Assembly: GCA_964606015.1 (NCBI GenBank)
Contig: CAZSEZ010000001.1
Coordinates: 1 to 50,131, forward strand
Origin: an uncultured bacterium
Lineage (GTDB): Bacteria; Cyanobacteriota; Cyanobacteriia; Cyanobacteriales; Xenococcaceae
Length of the DNA stretch: 50,131 nt
Reading direction: 5' to 3'
Under the pieces are notes generated by a model, which ran no database searches, was not told the origin of the DNA, and saw only the letters and a list, made by a program, of their open reading frames with translations. The position numbers and the translations under genes were made by a program. Below are positions 39,179 through 49,199 of this stretch, one piece after another. Each line of letters begins with the position of its first letter. Within the stretch, counting starts at the first letter, position 1.

Positions 39179-40174
39179 ATGATAGGCGTAGAAATTCAAG
39201 CTTTCAACTGGGATGCAATAGCGGCCAAATCTTTAGCAGGAGAAAAGATATCCCGCGAATCAGCCCGGGCAATCCTTGCTGCACCAGATACCGAACTTTT
39301 GGCACAACTGGCAGCAGCTTACAAAGTACGCCATCATTATTGGGGAAATCGGGTTAGGTTACACTTTTTGCTCAATGCCCAAAGTGGCTTGTGCCCGGAA
39401 GACTGCAACTATTGTTCCCAATCCAAAATTTCCACTGCCGAGATTGAGAAATATCCCCTCATGGCTCAGGAAAAAATTGTCAAAGCAGCAGACAAGGCAG
39501 CAGAATTACAGGCGGGAACTTTTTGTTTTGTAATTTCTGGGCGATCGCCATCCGATCAAGTATTTAATAAAGTAGTCGAGGCAGTCGAAACAGTCAAAGC
39601 CAAACACGACCTCAAGGTTTGTGCCTGCTTGGGATTGTTAGACGAAACTCAAACCAAAAGACTAGCAGAAGCGGGAGTTGACAGAGTTAATCACAACCTC
39701 AACACTTCCGAAAACCACCATACGAATATCTGTAGCACCCATACCTTCCAAGATCGAGTTAGTACCCTAAAAAATGTCCAATCTGCGGGGATTACCACCT
39801 GCTCTGGGGGAATTATTGGCATGGGAGAATCTCACGACGATATTATCGATCTGGCATATTCATTAAGAGATCTCAAAGTTACTAGTGTTCCTTTGAACTT
39901 CTTGATTCCTATAGAAGGCACGCCTTTGGGCCATCTTAACGAACTAAACCCCCGTCATTGCTTGAGAGTGCTATGTTTATTCCGTATGATTTTACCCTCC
40001 CAAGAACTCAGAATCGCAGGGGGCAGAGAAGTCCATTTACGCTCTTTGCAACCACTGGGGCTATACGCAGCTAATTCAATCTTTATTGGAGACTATCTAA
40101 CTACAGCGGGACAAGCAGCTAATGCAGACGTACAAATGATTCGAGACGCTGGATTTGAAATCGAAGATCCCTAG
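39179..40174 (+). CDS. bioB: Biotin synthase
   Basis: [11 protein letters not shown] radical-SAM motif, [34 protein letters not shown]. Confidence 0.96.
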   Translation: MIGVEIQAFNWDAIAAKSLAGEKISRESARAILAAPDTELLAQLAAAYKVRHHYWGNRVRLHFLLNAQSGLCPEDCNYCSQSKISTAEIEKYPLMAQEKIVKAADKAAELQAGTFCFVISGRSPSDQVFNKVVEAVETVKAKHDLKVCACLGLLDETQTKRLAEAGVDRVNHNLNTSENHHTNICSTHTFQDRVSTLKNVQSAGITTCSGGIIGMGESHDDIIDLAYSLRDLKVTSVPLNFLIPIEGTPLGHLNELNPRHCLRVLCLFRMILPSQELRIAGGREVHLRSLQPLGLYAANSIFIGDYLTTAGQAANADVQMIRDAGFEIEDP

Positions 40175-40364
40175 ACAAGAATAGAGTGTTACTCAACTAA
40201 ATTAGATGTGACTGGGTATCAAGGAGTGATTTGCAGCCAGGCAATGTCAGGCAGACAACTTCTGATACCCAAATTAGTCTCTAAATACTGTGGCGTTAGA
40301 AGATAAATTGGATATCCCAAATAAACTTTCCGAATAATGGGGTGTCTTGACAAATATAGACAAG

Positions 40365-40433
40365 AAAAAAGCTTCGGGAGTCTTGCCGTGTTTCGACCCC
40401 GAAGCTCTTCTCTTTTACACTTACTCCTCACAC
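40365..40433 (-). ncRNA. yfr2: Yfr2-family cyanobacterial sRNA
   Basis: Minus strand: GTGTGAGGAGTAAGTGTAAAAGAGAAGAGCTTCGGGGTC-GAAACACGGCAA-GACTCCCGAAGCTTTTTT. Has 5' GUGUGAGGAGU, a GAAACA-containing loop on a long stem, and a U-tract. Confidence 0.82.
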
Positions 40434-40440
40434 AATTAAT

Positions 40441-40446
40441 AGTATA
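40441..40446 (-). promoter_or_regulatory. -10 element of the Yfr2-like sRNA
   Basis: TATACT located 7 nt upstream of GTGTGAGGAG on the minus strand. Confidence 0.7.
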
Positions 40447-40917
40447 GGGAGTTTCTCAGGTGATGGTAAAGATAGAGTGACACTTTTATAACCGTCACAT
40501 GAGTAATAGTTACCTAAATCAAATCCATAGGCTCATAAGCGATCACAATAAAGTCACCATAACGTTCAATCAGGAATTAATCGACAACCCAAATCATGTT
40601 AAGCCAATCAATTACCCGCCAGCACGTACCATAATTCTTCTTTCTGGCAGAAAAGTCAGATTTTTCGCCTCCTGGTTTAGTTCTATCCAAAGCTTGTAAC
40701 AGTTACATTACTGCTCAAGACTTCACCGATTCAATGCAGTTCGAAATTATCCTCTATAACGCACTACTCAAGAGAATTAACAATGCACAAGGTCACTGTT
40801 ATATGAGAATTCTTTATGTTTAAATCTGACAATCAAGCGTTGTAATTCAGGCCTTCCAAAAAATACCTCTTGCAATACACCAATATACTTTAACGACTTA
40901 AATTACCTAGTTTCAAA

Positions 40918-41355
40918 CTATTGAGGATAAGCGCGAATAAATTCTAAAGGCAGACTATCTGGATCGGATAAAAACAATACTTCGTAAATATGATTACCAA
41001 TCTGTTGCTGCTCTGGTTCCAGCAAAACTTTTAATTCTGGCGCTAACACAGGATTACTTGAGCTGGCAGCCTGATATTGGGCTTGAAAATCTGCCAACCA
41101 AATTGATAAATCTTTAGTTTCAGTTGTAAGGTCAAAAGAGATGTGATAGTAGCCGACATAGTGCTCGTCAGCAAAGGCATCTGGGGCTGGTTTTGGCTCA
41201 GGAATTTGAATCAGCTCTATCCTGCCAAGTTGCCCCATCATCCAACAAGCAAGAGTATAGCCAGTAGTAAAACGCTCTTGAACTGAAAAACCTAATAACT
41301 CATAAAAAGCGATCGCTCTATGGATATTGGCAGTTCGAATTGAAACATGGTGCAT
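40918..41355 (-). CDS. VOC/glyoxalase family protein
   Basis: HHVSIRT, AFYELLGF, RIELIQ, YYHISF, DPDSLPLEF. Confidence 0.88.
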   Translation of the reverse strand: MHHVSIRTANIHRAIAFYELLGFSVQERFTTGYTLACWMMGQLGRIELIQIPEPKPAPDAFADEHYVGYYHISFDLTTETKDLSIWLADFQAQYQAASSSNPVLAPELKVLLEPEQQQIGNHIYEVLFLSDPDSLPLEFIRAYPQ

Positions 41356-41389
41356 CTGAAACTTTTACCTACTGACTAACCACATATCT

Positions 41390-41893
41390 CTATTCAAATA
41401 GGAAACGATAAGGATAGTGACGAGGCACCCCTTTTTCTTTCTCCAGAGAGAAGTTAATTACTTCCCAACAGGATTCGTCTACTGCTTCGGGGCTAAAGTT
41501 CACTGGTAAACCATATAGTCTAGGACTCTTATTACCTTCTTCTTGCCAAGGATGAGAACGCTCTAAATAAGAACTAACCAAATCCTTATAACGATTAGCA
41601 ATAGTCACCTGAGTTGCCCTAAAGCCTTCTGTATAGAGCCTGTCTAGAGCTTCATGAATTTCAAAGCGAATACCATCAGGATGAGTATGCTGGCGATACC
41701 ATTTATTATCCCATTGGCGCCAAGATCTACCAGAAGGTAAGTGGACTAGTTCTTTAGTTTTAGGGTCAGCTTCAAACGCGCCATGACGAGAGCAGAGATA
41801 AGTATCAGTTAGAGTCAGAGCAGGAATGGTTTGCCTACAGTGAGGACAACTGATTTCCGAGCCAAAAATAGGGTACTGTAAACTGAGATTCAT
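41390..41893 (-). CDS. Conserved cyanobacterial protein (TIGR02652/DUF2396-like)
   Basis: CPHCRQTIPALTLTDTYLC.RHG, WYRQHTHPDGIRFEIHEALD. Confidence 0.8.
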   Translation of the reverse strand: MNLSLQYPIFGSEISCPHCRQTIPALTLTDTYLCSRHGAFEADPKTKELVHLPSGRSWRQWDNKWYRQHTHPDGIRFEIHEALDRLYTEGFRATQVTIANRYKDLVSSYLERSHPWQEEGNKSPRLYGLPVNFSPEAVDESCWEVINFSLEKEKGVPRHYPYRFLFE

Positions 41894-41986
41894 TCTATAT
41901 AGGTTTATTTTCTTTTACTATACATACTCTCTAATTCTGTTTACTTTAGGCAAATTATACTGATTTTTTACAGCTTTGCGATCGCC

Positions 41987-42523
41987 ATGAACCAACCATT
42001 CAAACTACAAACAAATTTTTGGCAACCTGTAGATACGTCACTAGCTGCTTTTGTCGCTACAGATGCTACTGTGATGGGTAATGTCTTTCTGGCAGAAGGC
42101 TCTAGCATCTGGTACTCTGCCGTAGTTCGTGGTGATGTGGAAGCTATTAGGATCGGCAAATACAGCAACGTTCAGGACGGGGCAATTCTTCACGGGGATC
42201 CTGGTTTACCAACAGTCTTAGAAGACTACGTCACCATTGGTCACCGAGCAGTAGTTCATTCTGCCCATATTGAAACTGGATGTCTAGTTGGAATTGGAGC
42301 AGTAATTTTAGATGGAGTCAGAGTAGGCGCAGGAAGTATTGTGGGTGCAGGAAGTATTGTAACGAAAGATGTCGAAAAGCGATCGCTAGTTATCGGAGTT
42401 CCTGGACGGAGAATCAAGTCCGTAGACGAGACAAAAGTTGCAGAACTAATTGAACACGCCCGTCATTACTACAAATTAGCCTTGGTTCACGCAGGAAAAG
42501 GTACTGACATAGGTTTTGTGTAA
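41987..42523 (+). CDS. Gamma carbonic anhydrase family protein (YrdA/CaiE-like)
   Basis: Hexapeptide repeats; RGD, SNVQDG..LH, TIGH..VVH. Confidence 0.92.
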   Translation: MNQPFKLQTNFWQPVDTSLAAFVATDATVMGNVFLAEGSSIWYSAVVRGDVEAIRIGKYSNVQDGAILHGDPGLPTVLEDYVTIGHRAVVHSAHIETGCLVGIGAVILDGVRVGAGSIVGAGSIVTKDVEKRSLVIGVPGRRIKSVDETKVAELIEHARHYYKLALVHAGKGTDIGFV

Positions 42524-42664
42524 AAATTAATAAAGATGCCAAAGCAGATCAGATGGAATTACGAGTAAATTAAACGCTACTTCCGTGGTAGATTTGAAGC
42601 AATAAAACTCAAACTATGCTGCAATAGCCAAGGTTGATTTAAAAATTTAGAGAGGAAAACAATT

Positions 42665-42784
42665 ATGGATCTACGTCTTATTTTAGTTCTAGGCCCCTTA
42701 GCAATTGCCGCTGGTTGGGCTGTTTTCAACATCGGAGCTGCTGCTCTTAGACAACTACAAAATTATCTTGGTAGAGAAGCCTAA
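42665..42784 (+). CDS. psbY: Photosystem II protein Y
   Basis: Hand translation [39 protein letters not shown]; GAGG upstream; absent from ORF track. Confidence 0.95.
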   Translation: MDLRLILVLGPLAIAAGWAVFNIGAAALRQLQNYLGREA

Positions 42785-42813
42785 ATATCTCTAACAATAA
42801 AGAAATTTATATT

Positions 42814-42850
42814 AATCGATCCTTGCTAGTGAAAGTAGGGGTCGATTTTT
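42814..42850 (+). terminator. Rho-independent terminator after psbY
   Basis: AATCGATCCTTGCT...AGTAGGGGTCGATT stem (with GU pairs) running into a T tract. Confidence 0.7.
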
Positions 42851-42892
42851 ATTATGCTGAGAATTGCTTCACCCTCAACAAAAATTCTTGAC

Positions 42893-43285
42893 ATGTTTGA
42901 TACTGTTCTTTTTCCGGTCAACAACACTCGCGAAACCAGAGAGGCAACAACAACAGTAGTCGATCTGGTTAATACTTATAGTAGTCGCCTATTTTTACTT
43001 TCAGTGGTAGACAGCGACGCACAAGATATCATGAACGACGAACCCAAGGTTGCACAACTACTCCAGAGTGCACAGTCAGTATTCTCAAAACAAGGGATTA
43101 AAGCAGAGATTCTAGAACGAGAAGGGATTCCTGCTTTTACTATTTGCGATGTTGCCGACGAAATTGAAGCCGATCTAATTGTGATGGGCTCTAGAGGTTT
43201 AGGAATTAGTCAGGAGAATCAACAACACGGTGTTGCTCATCGTGCCATCGAACTAGCGCCTTGCCCTGTCCTAGTTATTCCTTAG
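42893..43285 (+). CDS. Universal stress protein
   Basis: MFDTVLFPV, ADLIVMGSRG, APCPVLVIP; ATG 42893 preferred over 42854. Confidence 0.92.
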   Translation: MFDTVLFPVNNTRETREATTTVVDLVNTYSSRLFLLSVVDSDAQDIMNDEPKVAQLLQSAQSVFSKQGIKAEILEREGIPAFTICDVADEIEADLIVMGSRGLGISQENQQHGVAHRAIELAPCPVLVIP

Positions 43286-43472
43286 GGATTTTTAACAAAC
43301 AACAAAGAAAATGGAAAAGATTGAGTAGTCTCCGCAATAATAAAACTAGGTTGTGGTTAAATTTACCTACTATGCAGTCTTCTCCGCATAGTGCGATCGT
43401 TGTAGCCGAAGTCGATCAAGACTTCCATGTAAGGATCGCAAATCACCTGTTGTTAAGCAGTTCACTATTGGC

Positions 43473-44798
43473 ATGACTAATTCATCCCCCCCAAATCCTC
43501 CACCATCTAATGAAGAGCAGCGTATTCGTCGACAAATTAGACGTAGAACTCGCGAAGAGACCCAAGATGAATGGATAGCTATCTTAGTAGCATTTGGCAC
43601 CATTGGCGCAATTTTATTATGGACTTTAGGTTTTAGAAAAAACAATTTTTTGACTACTAACCTAGGCAGCACTAACATCTCTAGGCTGGAAAGGGAAGCT
43701 GGAGAAAACTTTAATATAAATCGAGAAGTAAGCACCAATATAGAAACAAGTAGAGATCGAAATACCCTAGGTTTGTTTCAAAGACAAACCAGAGCTGAAG
43801 ATACTAACTCAAATGTATCCTTAGATGGTGGCGATCTAAATATCGAAGCAGATAAAAAAAATTCACTGACAGCAAACGCCAGAAACTCATTCGGCGCACT
43901 TCCTGTAATTGGAGCAATTGGGTCAGGAATCGACAAGAGTAAAACTGAAACTCAACCAAAAGCAGAAATACCTAAGCCTGACACAAAAGTAGAAGCAACT
44001 ACTCCCGAGACCGAAGCTGGAACGGGTATTATCCCCAAGATAGAAACACAGACTGAATCTGAAGTAGAGGCAACCACGCCCGATCCAGAAACACAGACTG
44101 AGTCTGAAGTAGAAGCAACAGCTCCTGATTCAGACTCAGAAATTAAGCCAGAAGTGGGAACAACTACTCCTGATCCAGAAGAACTTGAACCTGGAGTAGT
44201 TGTATCTTTTGATGATGTTCAAGAAGGTTATTGGGCTTATCCTTTCCTCCAAGAGCTTGGAAAACAAAAGTTACTCCGACCAACCTTTGATAATAATTTT
44301 GAGCCAGACGCTAAAATCACCAGAGCAGGAATGGCTACCCTGATTTCTCAAGCGTTCAAGCAATCGCCTACACTACCGACTAAGAACTTTACTGATATTA
44401 GTAGTGGCAATACAATTGCCAAAGATGTCGATAAGGCAGTGGGAATTGGTTTTATGAAAGGCTATTCCAAAGATGAATTTCGTCCAGCGGAAAATATTCC
44501 TCGTTATCAAGTATTGGTTGCTCTAGCTACTGGTTTGGGCTTAAAGCCATCTGGAGATCCTGTAACTATACTTCAAGGTTTTAGCGATCGCGATGAGATT
44601 CCCAACTGGGCAATTCCTCAAGTGGCAGCAGCCACAGAAGCTGGTTTAGCAGTCAATCGCCCTGGTTTTGAGCTTAACAGCCTCAAGCCTGAAACTGCTG
44701 CAACTCGTGCTGAAGTAGCAGCAATGATCTATCAGAGTCTCAAACAGCAGAATAAAGTACCTAAGGTAGAGTCCGACAATATAGTTCAGCTTAATTAA
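43473..44798 (+). CDS. Membrane-anchored S-layer homology (SLH) domain protein
   Basis: N-terminal TM, acidic T/E/P linker, three SLH repeats (FDDV..YWA, F.P...ITRA, F.D..EIPNWA, ATRAEVAAM). Confidence 0.88.
   Translation: MTNSSPPNPPPSNEEQRIRRQIRRRTREETQDEWIAILVAFGTIGAILLWTLGFRKNNFLTTNLGSTNISRLEREAGENFNINREVSTNIETSRDRNTLGLFQRQTRAEDTNSNVSLDGGDLNIEADKKNSLTANARNSFGALPVIGAIGSGIDKSKTETQPKAEIPKPDTKVEATTPETEAGTGIIPKIETQTESEVEATTPDPETQTESEVEATAPDSDSEIKPEVGTTTPDPEELEPGVVVSFDDVQEGYWAYPFLQELGKQKLLRPTFDNNFEPDAKITRAGMATLISQAFKQSPTLPTKNFTDISSGNTIAKDVDKAVGIGFMKGYSKDEFRPAENIPRYQVLVALATGLGLKPSGDPVTILQGFSDRDEIPNWAIPQVAAATEAGLAVNRPGFELNSLKPETAATRAEVAAMIYQSLKQQNKVPKVESDNIVQLN
44043..44177 (+). repeat. 45-bp coding tandem repeat (ETQTESEVEATTPDP x2 plus one degenerate copy)
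   Basis: GAAACACAGACTGA(A/G)TCTGAAGTAGA at 44043 and 44088; third unit ends TTTPDP. Confidence 0.8.
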
Positions 44799-44836
44799 TA
44801 AGCCATGACCTTAAATGGTCGATGGCTGAGAGAGAA

Positions 44837-44876
44837 AAGGTGAAAGGAATCATTAAGTTGCTGTTCCTTTCACCTT
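44837..44876. terminator. Inverted repeat between convergent genes, probable terminator
   Basis: AAGGTGAAAGGAA-N14-TTCCTTTCACCTT, perfect 13-bp stem. Confidence 0.65.
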
Positions 44877-44888
44877 GACCATTTTTTA

Positions 44889-45419
44889 CTAATCTTTTTT
44901 GGGAGCTGCCTTACGAATTTCAGAATAGAAAGTAGTCTGGCCTACGTTATTACTCTGTTTAATTGTGGCAGTACGCAAACGTAAGTTTTCACTAGCAAAC
45001 CAGATTCTTTCCTCAGCTTGCACGTCTCCATTAGCGATTTCTAAGGTCAAAGCCTCATCATCCCCTAAGCTATAAGTTCCAATACTCTTCATCCCCGGCT
45101 CAATCTGAGTATTGGTCAATAACTTACCTGTAGCCAAGTTCTCTGCATCAGGAATAAACACCATCAGGGAAGAACCTTGCGTCTTTGGCTTACCCCAATC
45201 AACAGAAGTATCCCAACTATAAAGTAAACCTCCAATAACCTTCTGAGGATCAATTCTAGACTCCATACATAGTTGAGCAACTCTCGTATCATCAGCAGTA
45301 ACCAGGGTAATACCTAGATCTGCTTTACCACTAAGAGCTTTTTCCCCGCCCAAACTATAGTTTGTTCTCTGACTAAACCAATTTCCACTACAAAGATTTA
45401 AAAATTTTTTAATATCCAT
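44889..45419 (-). CDS. cpcU: Phycobiliprotein lyase, CpcS/CpeS family, CpcU-like
   Basis: G.WFSQRT, EERIWFASENLRLR, FYSEIR; SWDTSVDWGKPK as recalled for CpcU. Confidence 0.8.
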   Translation of the reverse strand: MDIKKFLNLCSGNWFSQRTNYSLGGEKALSGKADLGITLVTADDTRVAQLCMESRIDPQKVIGGLLYSWDTSVDWGKPKTQGSSLMVFIPDAENLATGKLLTNTQIEPGMKSIGTYSLGDDEALTLEIANGDVQAEERIWFASENLRLRTATIKQSNNVGQTTFYSEIRKAAPKKD

Positions 45420-45466
45420 TTAGATAGCTATCATACCTGTATTGAAAAATTGTATAGAATTAGGGA

Positions 45467-46132
45467 TTGTTTGTATATAATGCAACGGCAGTAGTTCTCC
45501 AATTCCCCATGATTCAGCAAATAACCTCAGACAAAGCCAAGAATTATCATTCTTTGTCCTTAGCCATTAGCAAGCTTTTTGACAAACAAGAAAAGGGTTA
45601 CGGCTGTTTTCAAGTACAAAAAGAAGGGGAGTTTTTCAGCCTCAATATTCCTACTTTACCTAGCTTCAAATTTTATCAAAATCCTAAGAGTTTGATCTAT
45701 CGCGGCTACTGGCGGAATAGTAAAGGTTTACCAAAACCGACCGATACACGTGCATTCCCACCCGATCTCTGGATTAGAAAAAAACAAAAACAAGTAGAAG
45801 TAGATTTAACTAGTAAATCCACAAAAGAAAAGAAGGAACAGGAACCTTCCTTATTGAATCAACCAAAGACATCTAAACCTAAGCCAATTATCAAGAAAAA
45901 ACCGACTATAGATCTAACTAAAATAACGACTGCTCAAAGTTCATCCAAACGAAATCTAATCCAAAAAAAGCAACGTATCTATGAAATAGTTTATCGTTAT
46001 AATCCTTGCTTCGAGGTAATGCAGGTTAATCAGGTTATTGCGTTGTCTCTCAAGGAACAACTAATTTCTACGATTACTGAAGTACCTGAATCAGAAATTT
46101 TCCCCTTAGTACTAGTTGCTAACCCCGAATAA
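45467..46132 (+). CDS. Hypothetical protein with basic low-complexity middle
   Basis: 221-aa ORF filling the gap; start uncertain (TTG 45467 or ATG 45509). Confidence 0.6.
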   Translation: MFVYNATAVVLQFPMIQQITSDKAKNYHSLSLAISKLFDKQEKGYGCFQVQKEGEFFSLNIPTLPSFKFYQNPKSLIYRGYWRNSKGLPKPTDTRAFPPDLWIRKKQKQVEVDLTSKSTKEKKEQEPSLLNQPKTSKPKPIIKKKPTIDLTKITTAQSSSKRNLIQKKQRIYEIVYRYNPCFEVMQVNQVIALSLKEQLISTITEVPESEIFPLVLVANPE

Positions 46133-46163
46133 TAACTAAATAGTCGAATCAAACAAACTAAAA

Positions 46164-46766
46164 CTAGCCAAAAGAGGCAGCTTGTTCTTTGGTAAGGACA
46201 AATACATTACCTTCATTACCTCTACCAATTCTAAGCTCATCATCTAGATAGGTAATATCAAGCCAACCTTGGCGATCGCGGCTAGGAATACTAAAGTCTA
46301 AGGGAAGAAACCTTTTGCCACTCTCTAGCTGCTTGATAAAACTAGCCGGCGATTTATAGTTAAAAAAACGCTGTAAACCAATAATTGAACGTTCAAACAT
46401 GACGTTAACTCTACGCTCGGAAGTAGGTTCAAATTTAGCTGCAACGCTGACCACCCCTTCCATAAATGGCATCCCTACAACTTCTGCAATATTGTAGACC
46501 TTAGCCTCTGTAGTGCGAATACACTGATAAATCTGTCCTAGCTTAAATAGGGGAAAGCGGTCCAAACCTAAAATCCCCTTGCTAGTGGTATACAATAACC
46601 GCCAATCTCCTTCAAGGAGGTGTTTAGCGGTTAGAGGATTTGGTGTAGGATTGCAGTCTTCCAATTCTTGGATCGCTGAGAGAACCCGCACATTGTCTAT
46701 TTCGCTGGCAAGTAAACCACGGTTTTTTCCAGCGATCGCCTCAAGTAATTGGGCTTTCTTGCTCAT
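46164..46766 (-). CDS. PAP/fibrillin family protein
   Basis: LE..NPTP.P, L.G.WRLLYTTS, GWLDITYLD..LRIGRGNEG.VFVL. Confidence 0.92.
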   Translation of the reverse strand: MSKKAQLLEAIAGKNRGLLASEIDNVRVLSAIQELEDCNPTPNPLTAKHLLEGDWRLLYTTSKGILGLDRFPLFKLGQIYQCIRTTEAKVYNIAEVVGMPFMEGVVSVAAKFEPTSERRVNVMFERSIIGLQRFFNYKSPASFIKQLESGKRFLPLDFSIPSRDRQGWLDITYLDDELRIGRGNEGNVFVLTKEQAASFG

Positions 46767-46820
46767 GTAACTACAATCCTCAAATAGTACATCCCACTCA
46801 GTTTACTGTATAGCCTTTAC

Positions 46821-47624
46821 CTAGTCCTCTAAATTAACCTGGGATAAATAATTAGACAGCCAGGAAACAGAACCCGAAGTTGGAGGAGGAGGAGGTAAGA
46901 CCGCCTGATCTCCTGCATCTTCTTCTGTTGGTTGACCAACAGTCCTTGCCACCTCTCGACCAGACTCTTCTAGAATGACCGTAGGGGTAGGAAAACTAGA
47001 TTCGATCCGCTTGACTAGAACTTTGCCATTAGAAATATACTGACCGATATCAACATAGCGGCTGGTAGCTTCACCTGGAGCTTGGATGATTACCTTGATG
47101 CGATCGCCAAGTTCTATTAGCCCAGTAATCAAGACATTATCAGCATTAGCAGTAGGAGATACAGCTTCTTCTATAGCTTCAATAGTAGGAGCACTGCCTA
47201 AGTCCCGTGGACGTCTGACTCGTTCACTAGAACGAGAACTTCTCCTATCACGAGTACGGGCTGGCTGAGCAGTCGGAACTTCTTCGTCTACTTCAATCTG
47301 AGGTTTAACCGCCACTGTCGAAAAAGGGTCTTGTCTACCCCTAACACTACTACTGACTCTAGCTTCAGGATTAGTCGGAACAATCAAACCAACAATATCT
47401 TGCTCTCTTGTAAGACTTTCAGTAGTTTCTATTGCTTCAGCTAAAGGATCTTGTTCCTGTTCTGTCTCTTCAGCTTGCTCTTCTCCCTCAGCATTCACAT
47501 TGATGCTTACGTTAGGAGCATCATCAAGTTCTTGTCTTTTCTCACTAAACTCTTTGATATAAGAGCAGCTACTAACTCCTAAGCTCAGGATACTAATTAG
47601 AGCCAAAAAAGAAATTTTTTTCAT
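46821..47624 (-). CDS. Hypothetical lipoprotein, possibly PilP-like
   Basis: MKK signal with VSSC lipobox; acidic disordered region; RQDPF; C-terminal beta-rich domain. Confidence 0.7.
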   Translation of the reverse strand: MKKISFLALISILSLGVSSCSYIKEFSEKRQELDDAPNVSINVNAEGEEQAEETEQEQDPLAEAIETTESLTREQDIVGLIVPTNPEARVSSSVRGRQDPFSTVAVKPQIEVDEEVPTAQPARTRDRRSSRSSERVRRPRDLGSAPTIEAIEEAVSPTANADNVLITGLIELGDRIKVIIQAPGEATSRYVDIGQYISNGKVLVKRIESSFPTPTVILEESGREVARTVGQPTEEDAGDQAVLPPPPPTSGSVSWLSNYLSQVNLED

Positions 47625-47768
47625 ATCCAAATATCTCTACCCAAAGTAGAAGTAAACTCTTGATTCGTTATTTATTAACTGACAATATATTTCACTCCAA
47701 GATAACAGCTAGATCATAGAACGGGTAGGCTTTCCAGTGATTTTACGGATAAGCAAAAGCGGTTACAT

Positions 47769-49199
47769 CTAGTCTGCTTCTCCGCCAACAACAACATCAC
47801 GAATTCTCAAACTAGGGCCACCACATCCGACGGGCAAACCACTTTGACCTCCTTTGCCACAACCACCAGACTCATCCCAATAAAAGTCATCACCGATCGC
47901 CTCGATACAATTGAGAGTTTTAAAGACATTTCCCGACAAAGTGACATCTTTGACAGGCTCTGCTAACTGACCATTACGAATCATCCAAGCTTCACCAGCA
48001 CTAAAGGTAAACATTTCACCGTTAGTCATGCCACCAAGCCAGTTTTTGGCGTAAACGCCCTCTTTAATATCCTGAAATAAATCCGTAACTGGAGTATTAC
48101 CTCGGCCAATCCAGGTATTAGTCATCCGGACTATTGGCGGATAGTGATAGCTCAGACAACGAGCATTACCTGTAGGCTGCTCACCCAGCTTGCCCGCCGT
48201 TTCGCGAGAATGTAGTCTGCCAACTAATACCCCATCTTTAATTAACTGGGTGGTTGTTGCAGGTGTACCTTCATCGTCGTAGTAGTAACTTCCACGATGG
48301 ATCTCTACTTTATCTGACTCTAATTTTGGTGCAGCACCATCATAAATTTGCAAATCTTCTGAGCCGAAACGCCTACCCAGACTCATAGTTTCCAACAAAT
48401 CAGGATTTTCATAAGCCATGTCAGCTTCGGAAAGGTGCCCAAAAGCTTCGTGGACAAATAAACCAGTTAAAATCGGGTCGATAACTACAGGATAAGTACC
48501 GCCTTTAATTACTGGCAGCGATAGTGAGTCAACCGCTCTCTGGGCAGCACCAATTACTTTTCGATCCAAACTTTTGAGGTCTTCATAACCTTGACGAGTG
48601 CCTGTGGTTTCACGACCTATCTGGATAATTTCTCCTTGTCTAGCGGTAGCAGAAAACCGCATTTCCAGATCTGACCAGGATTGCTCGATCAAAGTTCCTT
48701 CAGAAGTGGCAATAATAATGTTTTGACTACTATCGCTATAGCTCACCGAAGTAGTAGTTATCTGATTGCTACAAGTAAGAAGAATCTGATTGTAGCGATC
48801 GCAAAGAGCTTTCTTTTGCTTAAGTTCGATCTGCCTGGGATCTGTACCCTTGAGAGGAACAGAACATACTACCTGCACTGGCTCAACTTCTGCCAAAATA
48901 GTGCGATCGCAGCCAATTATCCTAGCGCAAGCAATAGCTTCTTCGATTCTGGTTGCCAAACTTTCTAGATCGTTAAAAGCAGCAAAACCCCAACCGCCTT
49001 GATAACAGGCTCTTACTTGTCCGCCCAAAGAGGTACTCTCACTGAGAGTATCAACCTTATGCTTCCGCAGCAAAATATCGGTACTTTCAGAAACTTCTAG
49101 ACGAACTGTTAAAAAATCAACCCTGTGACGATAGCGTTGAATCAGATCACTAATTATGGTTTTACGGTCACGAATCAAAGTCGAGCGATCACTAATCAT
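47769..49199 (-). CDS. tldD: TldD/PmbA family metalloprotease, TldD subunit
   Basis: HEAFGHLSEAD, YDDEG, TGNAR, RMTNT, GGCGKGGQ..LPV..GGP. Confidence 0.93.
   Translation of the reverse strand: MISDRSTLIRDRKTIISDLIQRYRHRVDFLTVRLEVSESTDILLRKHKVDTLSESTSLGGQVRACYQGGWGFAAFNDLESLATRIEEAIACARIIGCDRTILAEVEPVQVVCSVPLKGTDPRQIELKQKKALCDRYNQILLTCSNQITTTSVSYSDSSQNIIIATSEGTLIEQSWSDLEMRFSATARQGEIIQIGRETTGTRQGYEDLKSLDRKVIGAAQRAVDSLSLPVIKGGTYPVVIDPILTGLFVHEAFGHLSEADMAYENPDLLETMSLGRRFGSEDLQIYDGAAPKLESDKVEIHRGSYYYDDEGTPATTTQLIKDGVLVGRLHSRETAGKLGEQPTGNARCLSYHYPPIVRMTNTWIGRGNTPVTDLFQDIKEGVYAKNWLGGMTNGEMFTFSAGEAWMIRNGQLAEPVKDVTLSGNVFKTLNCIEAIGDDFYWDESGGCGKGGQSGLPVGCGGPSLRIRDVVVGGEAD

Noticed and set aside
40423-40433. 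Yfr1 gene on the plus strand (ACTCCTCACAC present)
   Set aside because: No downstream terminator hairpin on plus; promoter, GAAACA loop and U-tract all fit a minus-strand Yfr2
40219-40699. ORFs 40219-40431 (-) and 40499-40699 (+)
   Set aside because: No recognisable motifs; the first runs through the sRNA terminator; probably spurious
40695-40707. Palindrome TGTAAC-A-GTTACA
   Set aside because: Spacing does not fit NtcA; single copy with no assignable regulator
44043-44177. Direct repeats as a possible CRISPR array
   Set aside because: In-frame coding tandem repeats without unique spacers; no cas genes
69-48968. Many 60-125 aa ORFs antisense or out of frame within well-supported genes (e.g. 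675-908, 18763-19143, 24397-24756, 43370-43738, 48681-48968)
   Set aside because: Shadow ORFs with no motifs
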